From the NCBI GenBank assembly GCA_019057865.1, contig JAHLWP010000046.1:1-25775 (forward strand): 25,775 nucleotides of DNA, written 5' to 3'. This DNA is from Promethearchaeota archaeon. Lineage in GTDB: Archaea; Asgardarchaeota; Lokiarchaeia; Sigyniarchaeales; SOKP01. The translations under genes were made by a program, and so were the position numbers. The notes beneath the pieces were generated by a model. That model made no database searches, was not told the origin of the DNA, and was given only the letters and a program-made list of their open reading frames with translations. Below are positions 19,202-25,775 of the stretch, piece by piece (within the stretch, counting starts at the first letter, position 1; the number at the start of each line of letters is the position of its first letter).

Positions 19202-20619
19202 TTTCTTACCTCCTTTTCAAAACTACTGTCTATAATACTTATAATGTCGGTGTTTTTCCAATCTTTTTTCAATATTTCATTAAATTCAGGTAATAATATA
19301 TTGATTATGTCAGCAGCATAAACCTTTATGTTCTTGGCCCCTTTTTCGAAAAAGAAATTATGGTCTTCTTTTCTCATTTTATTAATAATTTTCTTCACCT
19401 GGTCTGATAAAAGGAAGATCTTCATCTGGTCAAGCCTTTTAACAATGTCTTCAGCTTGTTCTAAAGTCCTTGCAAAAACACCATCTAAATTTAATATTTC
19501 TGTTCCATCAGGAGCCTCAATATCCAAACTCGGAGTCGTTAAATCCTTTTTTCTGATATCAACGATTTGAACATCTGGAACCTCGTTTGATATCACTTCT
19601 AATATGTTGTTGATTTCAAAGGGTAGAAGAGATCCTAGATTACCAGTTAAAATTGGGATGATAATGAGCGATTTAATATTTTGTTTTCCAATTATCTGTT
19701 GTTTTAAATTCTCAACGATTTTTCTCCATTCGTTCTCAATTATAACCAAGTCTTTATCAGTAACATCATATAATAATGAAACGGCAGGCATAGTCGAAAG
19801 AAATGGAATAAAACCAATTTTTAATGTATCTGTATCAAGTAACAGATATCCATGTGGTTCTTGTAAGTTAGCACCTTTCTTCTTCAATTTTCTATCTATG
19901 TATTCGTATTTTTCTATTAGTCCCTCACGAATTCCAATCCAAGTAGGCATGGAAGCCGGTACGAGAATAACATTATTGAAACCATCAACTTTTGTAATAT
20001 AAGTATGTTCATGACCATTCAATACCAAATTGAAATTCTTGGAAAGTAACTCAACGAGCTCCTTACTAATACCAACATCCTCACCACGCCTGACCATGTC
20101 TATGTGTAGAAGCATAATATTCTTATCTTTAGCTACTTTAGCTGCTGCTTGACAATATTCTTTTATCTTCAATTCTTTTGTTCGATGATTCTCCTTTTCT
20201 TGAATATTTCCAAACCAAAACCTGACTCCATCTATAATCAACGGTTTTTCAAATTTACTTGCTGCCGGATCAGCATATCTTTTAGGATTTGTCATAAGAA
20301 AGTGAAAATTTTTAGCTGTCTTTGAAATCAAATGGAGTATGGCTTCATCTTCATGGTTACCTAATAATGCATACCATGGGATATTTGTTGATTCTATGAT
20401 TTCTGTAATTGGAATTTGCTGTTTTGAACCCTCTACATGACTAATTGGATGTCCTTTATTTGTAAATTTTTTATCGAAGAAATCTCCTAAGACTAATATA
20501 GCTACTGGTTGGTGCTTCAATATTTCAGTAATAAATCGTGAAAACTCATCTATCTTGTTATAATCTGGGTGATAAGCATGGATTAAATGGGTATCAGCAA
20601 TGATTGCAATATTACTCAT
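19198..20619 (-). CDS. mre11: Mre11/SbcD-like metallophosphoesterase nuclease
   Basis: All five motifs are present: ADTH, GDFFD, GNHE, LLH, GHEH. Probable ATG at 20619 with GAGGT upstream. Confidence 0.88.
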   Translation of the reverse strand: MSNIAIIADTHLIHAYHPDYNKIDEFSRFITEILKHQPVAILVLGDFFDKKFTNKGHPISHVEGSKQQIPITEIIESTNIPWYALLGNHEDEAILHLISKTAKNFHFLMTNPKRYADPAASKFEKPLIIDGVRFWFGNIQEKENHRTKELKIKEYCQAAAKVAKDKNIMLLHIDMVRRGEDVGISKELVELLSKNFNLVLNGHEHTYITKVDGFNNVILVPASMPTWIGIREGLIEKYEYIDRKLKKKGANLQEPHGYLLLDTDTLKIGFIPFLSTMPAVSLLYDVTDKDLVIIENEWRKIVENLKQQIIGKQNIKSLIIIPILTGNLGSLLPFEINNILEVISNEVPDVQIVDIRKKDLTTPSLDIEAPDGTEILNLDGVFARTLEQAEDIVKRLDQMKIFLLSDQVKKIINKMRKEDHNFFFEKGAKNIKVYAADIINILLPEFNEILKKDWKNTDIISIIDSSFEKEVRK

Positions 20620-23053
20620 CTTCAATACCTCTGATTTTTAGTATTTCGTCAATAGCATCATCTGGTACATTCAAAAGATTTGCTATTCTTCTGAATTCTT
20701 CCTGAACATCTTCATCAAAACCTCCCGGTCCACCCCATATCTCTTCGTCCCATAGCATCTTTTTCACTTCTACCTCAAAATGGTTCACTTTCATTGGTAA
20801 TGGTAAATTCCTCCCAACAAGTTTTTGAAATCCAACAGCAATCCCTACATCAGCATATTTAACGAAATCATCATATGGACCTAAATCAGAAGGTACATTC
20901 CTAAATAAGATCTGTCTCATTGAATTAACTGGTAAACCCATTGCAATCATCCACCCTAATTGAGTTAAAAGTGTTGGGTCTAGTCTAATAATATTTTGTA
21001 ATACTAATCCAATTCCAATTCCAAATTTCCTTGCTCGAACTTGTATCTGATTAAATAATTCTATTTGAGCAGATGCTTTTCCACTCAATAATGCTGTAGC
21101 TTCCTCTATAATAAAAAGACAAGGAGTAATATTTGGTTCAAACCCTCGTCGTTCTCTTTCATTAACAAGATAATTTAATAAAATTCTCTGGATTAGTAAT
21201 TTTACTTCGGGAGGTAATGAAGATTCATCTATTATTAGAGTCTCTCCACAATCAGCGCAGTGTAATGCGAAATCAACTAAATTATAATCATCATTTAAGA
21301 TCATTCCAATATGATTATTTCCATCCATATAAGGATTTCCTTCCGAATCTTCCCTGAATTGTCTTATTGATTCAAAGTAGTTAATTGACTCATGAATAAT
21401 ATGTCCATTTTCGTCATGACCACCCCAATTGAATATCAATCCAAGATATCTTCGGTTATTTAATAAAAATTCTCTCAGGGCTCTTACAGCGGTATCATAT
21501 GAGGTCCTTTGGAAGCCATATTCATCACGTCTATCATGATCAAATTTTAAAGGTCGTGTAAAGAACCAATTCACAAAATCTATTGTTAGCCTAAATTCGT
21601 TAAAACCCTCAGGTCTTAGTTCTGGATGTTCACGTAAGTAATAGTGTCTTAAGTATGCTGGAATTACTCCATAAGCCACTTTTGTTTCTAATTCTCTTAT
21701 GATCTCTCGAATTGGAATAAAGGATAGTGGAATTTTCATTGGTCTTGGCTCAATAAATCTAAAGTCACTTGGTACTTCTGAGTCTTGGTCTGCTTCTATT
21801 CTCATGCCTACATCAATCAAATGGATCATTGATGTCTCATCTCTATGACAAAACTTCATAGCCAACATTGCAAGATCAAGACCCCAATCCTTTGGTTTTA
21901 AACACTTCACATATTCACCCACATCATCAAAGAGAATAATACCTAAACGAGTCCATTCTTCTAAATAATCTTGTTCTGTTAAATGTCTTAGCCTTAATTT
22001 TTCATACTCGAAAATCATCTCCTTCAATAAGTTCCCCTTACCAGCCCCCGAAATGGCAACCAGAGCAAAATGAATTAACTCATTTCCTTTGAGGACAATA
22101 TTATATGGAGAATTAATTTGAGGAATTTCTCCAATGGGAATTTTTACATATGTATTATCAAAATTAGAATACAATCTATTTACAATCTCCTGAACTCCTG
22201 ATACTGAACCTTCCATTCCGACTCTTAAAGGACTTACACTAGGACTTGGTATATCATTTTCAATAACAAATAATAAATCTATTACAGCAATTTCATGTAG
22301 TTCACTTATAACACCAAGAGTTTGTTTATTATCCTCATTAAAACAAATAAGATCTCCATATTTAAGCTCTCTATTTTTAATAAATGCTTTGATATTTGCC
22401 ATTTTATTATCTAAGATTAAGGCTTGCGCGTTATCATTCATAAATTCTTTAAGTGTTTCTAAATAATCTGTTTGATCGTTTAAATTGTTTTTATCTCCGA
22501 TTTCCACTAAAGTTCTGAGAATCTCTTTTCGAAGTTGTTCATTATTTAAAATATAATTTTTGAAAAAATTGGTATAAATTCTTATAAACCTCTTAAATCT
22601 TTCTGATGAAATCGTTTCTGCTACTAATTTTAAATGCATAAATCTATATTTTTTCCAAATATTAATTAGATCTTCATCTACAACTTTAAAGACATCAAGT
22701 AATAAAGCTGGAACCGCATTTTCATTTACTAAAATTGCATTTCCTAAAAAGTCTGAAAGAGAAGATTGTAAGATAAAATTTTTAGCTGGATTTAATATAA
22801 TTTCTCCTTCTGAACTAAGATAGGTTAAACTAGGCAAATCAGTGTTAGGTGCGATTAGTTTCTGTTCATATATTAAAAAAATATTATCATTTTCATCTCT
22901 TACATATATTGGCATTGACTGATCTAAGGGATAAATAGGAGCAGGAGCTTCATTCTTATCAAGAATTATTTGTGAAGTGAAATTGTCTAATTCATTTATT
23001 ATTCCGACCTTAATTCTTTTTGTTCCTTTTCTTAATTTTTTATTTTCGACCAA
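20612..23053 (-). CDS. herA: HerA-family (FtsK/HerA) ATPase/DNA translocase, divergent and enlarged
   Basis: Walker A AISGAGKG, FDDVGEY (HerA D-x-x-GEY), Walker B IIEEA, arginine finger RARKFGIG, sensor LQN...LD, and HAS-barrel-like YGDLI...LGVI. TTG start with GGAGGT upstream. Confidence 0.88.
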   Translation of the reverse strand: MVENKKLRKGTKRIKVGIINELDNFTSQIILDKNEAPAPIYPLDQSMPIYVRDENDNIFLIYEQKLIAPNTDLPSLTYLSSEGEIILNPAKNFILQSSLSDFLGNAILVNENAVPALLLDVFKVVDEDLINIWKKYRFMHLKLVAETISSERFKRFIRIYTNFFKNYILNNEQLRKEILRTLVEIGDKNNLNDQTDYLETLKEFMNDNAQALILDNKMANIKAFIKNRELKYGDLICFNEDNKQTLGVISELHEIAVIDLLFVIENDIPSPSVSPLRVGMEGSVSGVQEIVNRLYSNFDNTYVKIPIGEIPQINSPYNIVLKGNELIHFALVAISGAGKGNLLKEMIFEYEKLRLRHLTEQDYLEEWTRLGIILFDDVGEYVKCLKPKDWGLDLAMLAMKFCHRDETSMIHLIDVGMRIEADQDSEVPSDFRFIEPRPMKIPLSFIPIREIIRELETKVAYGVIPAYLRHYYLREHPELRPEGFNEFRLTIDFVNWFFTRPLKFDHDRRDEYGFQRTSYDTAVRALREFLLNNRRYLGLIFNWGGHDENGHIIHESINYFESIRQFREDSEGNPYMDGNNHIGMILNDDYNLVDFALHCADCGETLIIDESSLPPEVKLLIQRILLNYLVNERERRGFEPNITPCLFIIEEATALLSGKASAQIELFNQIQVRARKFGIGIGLVLQNIIRLDPTLLTQLGWMIAMGLPVNSMRQILFRNVPSDLGPYDDFVKYADVGIAVGFQKLVGRNLPLPMKVNHFEVEVKKMLWDEEIWGGPGGFDEDVQEEFRRIANLLNVPDDAIDEILKIRGIEDE

Positions 23054-24278
23054 TTCTCATTAACCTCCATTTGGTAATATCTTTAACATTTCTACCTAAT
23101 TTGTGTTTATCTGGTTTATTTTTATTATAAAAAGCAAGTATAATGGAAAGGAGCTCTTCTTTATACATATTGCAACATGTATGTGCCATAGTAAGTGAAA
23201 TCGAATGACTCTTTCCCAGTATCATTTCTAAACATATAATTTGATGTGCTAATTCTGATGTTAGAGCAGGAGAATATCCTATTCTTATCCAAGAAGAAGA
23301 TATATAAATCCATTCTCCCTCAATTAATTCTTTATAGCCCCAAGTAAAATAATGAAACTTTAATTCATTCCAAAAGTTATTATAATCATCCGGTTTGACC
23401 TCAAATATAGGGGATGGAATTGCTATATCATCTATCCATGCTTCCAGAAGATCAAAATCAGTAAAAAATTTATCTTTTAGATTTTTACTTAATTCTGCTA
23501 AAAATGGCAACTTTATATTTTTTAATTCTTCTTTCTCTGAAATTAAATTAATTATTTCTTTTGCTCGATTATCCACCGAATTTATTGCTTCATCAAGTTC
23601 AGAGGCTAAATTTTGGCTTACTGCTCTCAGTTTACTTTTATGGGACACAAAAATAACAGGGAGTTTGTATTTTTTTATGTCATCAAAAATTAATTTTAAA
23701 TTATCTAATAAATATTTACGAATCTCATTACTTAATGTAGGTATTGATTTTATGAATGTGAATATTACCGGTAAATCTAATATTGCCACAGCTATTTTAT
23801 CTGGAAACACTTCCCAAGGTTTATAAGAATCACCTTGTAATTGGCACCCTGATTTGTTAAATGGACAATTGCTACAATTTAGCGTTTTAAATTTCCTAGC
23901 AAGTAACACACACAAAGCAAATCTTATTTCTAAAATAGTTCTAATGCTTGAGTGAGATAACCGATCTCTTCCTTCAATGACAAATCTTTGGTCATAAGAC
24001 ACAATATCTGACTTTAAGTTCTCTACTCCCCATATGACAGCACTAGCTCCAATTAGAATTGGGGATTCTACCTCGTTATTTGATACTCTTGCTGTGGTTC
24101 CATCTGTTCCAACAAGACAATATTTTTCTGCTAAATTCTTAATGATTGTGGGTGATAGCAATGTCTTTTCGGTTGGTCCTAGGGAAATTCTACCATTCCA
24201 CATATGATAATGAATTTTAAGAATTTTGAAAATTTCCTTTAAATTTTCCTTTGTTAAATCAATTTTAGTACTAATCAT
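23040..24278 (-). CDS. nurA: NurA-family 5'-3' nuclease (RNase H-like fold), divergent
   Basis: VGTDGT (NurA DGS motif), ILDLP (second Asp), VSHKS, and C-terminal SLTMAH (cf. PLxxAH); immediately upstream of herA. The probable start is ATG 24278 rather than 24380. Confidence 0.75.
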   Translation of the reverse strand: MISTKIDLTKENLKEIFKILKIHYHMWNGRISLGPTEKTLLSPTIIKNLAEKYCLVGTDGTTARVSNNEVESPILIGASAVIWGVENLKSDIVSYDQRFVIEGRDRLSHSSIRTILEIRFALCVLLARKFKTLNCSNCPFNKSGCQLQGDSYKPWEVFPDKIAVAILDLPVIFTFIKSIPTLSNEIRKYLLDNLKLIFDDIKKYKLPVIFVSHKSKLRAVSQNLASELDEAINSVDNRAKEIINLISEKEELKNIKLPFLAELSKNLKDKFFTDFDLLEAWIDDIAIPSPIFEVKPDDYNNFWNELKFHYFTWGYKELIEGEWIYISSSWIRIGYSPALTSELAHQIICLEMILGKSHSISLTMAHTCCNMYKEELLSIILAFYNKNKPDKHKLGRNVKDITKWRLMRIGRK

Positions 24279-24302
24279 TTGATGATCAAGATCTTTTTTA
24301 CC

Positions 24303-24310
24303 TTTATAAA
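24303..24310 (-). promoter_or_regulatory. Putative TATA box for the nurA-to-jetD operon
   Basis: TTTATAAA lies 25-32 nt upstream of ATG 24278, the spacing expected for an archaeal leaderless or short-leader transcript. The AT-rich background lowers specificity. Confidence 0.4.
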
Positions 24311-24796
24311 TATAATGTAAAATCTGATTTGGTTTATACCATAAAAGTATAAACCGGCAAAATGTATTACATTTGTACATAAACTCTGATTTAATTGATG
24401 CTTTTATATCTTATCGATAATAATGCAAGATATAAAACGTTCTTGACTGATTACAAATATCGAAATATTTCTAATTCTTAAATTATGCTACTTTTTTTAA
24501 ATAATAAGCTTTTATTATTCTTTTTAGCAAACATAATCTTTCTAATTCTACAGAATAGATTACTATACTTATCTATTGGCATATTTTTTACTGATTCCTT
24601 ATGATTATTGAGAAAACATAATTTAATAATTGAATTATTAATCAGCAAATTATTAATACCGGATTTTTTTGAGATTATTCCTTATATTCCTAATTTTCTT
24701 AAATTTTCAAGAGCTAGATTTTTTCCTAACTCTAGTCTACCAACTCATTTTAATTCAATTATTCAGGTATAAAAAAAGTCAAATTTATTAATTAAT

Positions 24797-24841
24797 ATTT
24801 ATATCATAATGTGCAATATAATGTAACATTGTGATATAAAT
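24797..24841. promoter_or_regulatory. 16-bp inverted repeat (operator) overlapping the abiEi start
   Basis: atttatatcataatgt (24797-24812) and acattgtgatataaat (24826-24841) are 15/16 complementary with a 13-nt spacer. Confidence 0.7.
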
Positions 24842-25469
24842 GAGTTCTTCACTTTTAATGAAAAAATTACATCTCACCGGTAAGAAATTTGTAACTTCTG
24901 ATGGAATTAAGTTATATTGTAACACACTTAATTTAAAATATGTAGATACGATTCGATATTTAATTAGACAGAGATATCTTGTTAGAATATTCAAGGGTAT
25001 ATTTTATGTGAAAAATTTAAAAGAGATTAAATATGGATCAGTAAAATATAACCATTTAGAACTTGTAGCTAATGGGCTAAAACTAAAAGGAATAGAAAAG
25101 TGGTATTTTGGTCTATATACAACTTTAAAATTAAATAACACCACACATGAATATTTTACAACAGAATACGTAATCTCTGAGAATTTTTATCGAAATAAAC
25201 CAATTACGATTAATAATCGCAAGTTTAAATTTCATAAATTAAAAACCTCATTACTCAATTTTGGAATAGTTGAAAATAAATATAAGTTCTCGGATTTAGA
25301 AAAAACTTTCTTAGATTTAATTTATTTAGGTGTGTATTCTAGCAAACCAAAAGTAAAAATTTTAATGGATATAGTAGATTATTCAGATAATTTGTCAAAA
25401 ACAAAAATTAGAAAGTATGCCACAAATTACCCTAATTCTGTAAAAAAAATAATAGAAGAGATAAACTAA
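24840..25469 (+). CDS. abiEi: AbiEi-family (type IV TA antitoxin) wHTH transcriptional regulator, orphan
   Basis: N-terminal wHTH with LVRIFKGIFYV, then WYFGLYTTL and FG...SDLEKTFLD, the pattern typical of AbiEi antitoxins. Confidence 0.75.
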   Translation: MSSSLLMKKLHLTGKKFVTSDGIKLYCNTLNLKYVDTIRYLIRQRYLVRIFKGIFYVKNLKEIKYGSVKYNHLELVANGLKLKGIEKWYFGLYTTLKLNNTTHEYFTTEYVISENFYRNKPITINNRKFKFHKLKTSLLNFGIVENKYKFSDLEKTFLDLIYLGVYSSKPKVKILMDIVDYSDNLSKTKIRKYATNYPNSVKKIIEEIN

Positions 25470-25581
25470 AAGCATTTTTTACTAATAAATAGAATCTGTT
25501 TTTATAACAGGGAAATAATCCAAACCATTATTGCTTTATTTCTCTTTTTCAGTAATCTTAAATCAAATTACTTTATTTGTA

Positions 25582-25773
25582 TCATAATTTAGAGAGTAGG
25601 TTATCCACATTTTCTTCAATTTTACTCTCATCACGTATATAAGTAGCCAACGACTTGGTGACAGGTTTCCAAATATCTCCAAAATCAGTCGTGGCATTGA
25701 AGTATCCATAAAAATAAGGATTAATAATAAAAGTATAATCCAAATAAAAAATTTTGATACGTATGAAGAATTT
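25582..25773 (-). CDS. 3' end of a convergent hypothetical gene entering from the right edge
   Basis: Open frame ...IINPYFYGYFNATTDFGDIWKPVTKSLATYIRDESKIEENVDNLLSKL-stop (TGA at 25582-25584). Confidence 0.55.
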   Translation of the reverse strand, partial: KFFIRIKIFYLDYTFIINPYFYGYFNATTDFGDIWKPVTKSLATYIRDESKIEENVDNLLSKL

Positions 25774-25775
25774 TT

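Noticed and set aside
20612-23053. VirB4/TraG conjugation ATPase
   Set aside because: The DxxGEY and RKFG motifs and the flanking NurA- and Mre11-like genes indicate HerA.
11964-23826. Plus-strand ORFs at 11964, 17151, 17895, 19328, 19604 and 23395
   Set aside because: They are antisense shadows of the long minus-strand genes, with Ser/Phe/Ile-rich composition and no motifs.
24279-24380. 34-aa N-terminal extension of NurA in the ORF track
   Set aside because: The sequence is AT-rich and promoter-like, with a TATA element correctly spaced for ATG 24278.
24788-24994. 68-aa minus-strand ORF
   Set aside because: It is antisense to abiEi and spans its operator.

Overview
Very AT-rich archaeal DNA, most likely from an Asgard archaeon (Lokiarchaeia/Promethearchaeota). 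The taxon call rests on a Loki-type 'EFWxHCSNLQAWAENNYDTRLLH' domain at 972-2000, archaeal SD motifs (GGAGGT/GGTGA) and TATA-type promoters. The right-hand ~15 kb is one tightly coupled nine-gene minus-strand operon: nurA - herA - mre11 - rad50 (no zinc hook) - CARF-like/wHTH protein - kleisin (JetA-like) - kite (JetB-like) - SMC ATPase with Smc5/6-type motifs (JetC-like) - Toprim nuclease (JetD-like). A complete, divergent DNA end-resection module is thus joined to a Wadjet-like SMC-nuclease module, with a putative ligand-sensing regulator at the seam. This is the candidate undescribed system: a proposed 'cut circular DNA, then destroy the linear product' anti-plasmid/anti-virus machine. It is flanked by an orphan AbiEi-type regulator with an inverted-repeat operator on one side, and by a tyrosine-integrase remnant plus two families of 22-bp-period repeats on the other. 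The left 9 kb is a decaying accessory region: frameshifted PIN-like gene, YaaC fragment, retropepsin cassette, frameshifted Cys-rich gene and a membrane protein running off the edge. All family assignments are by motif recognition only; no searches were run.
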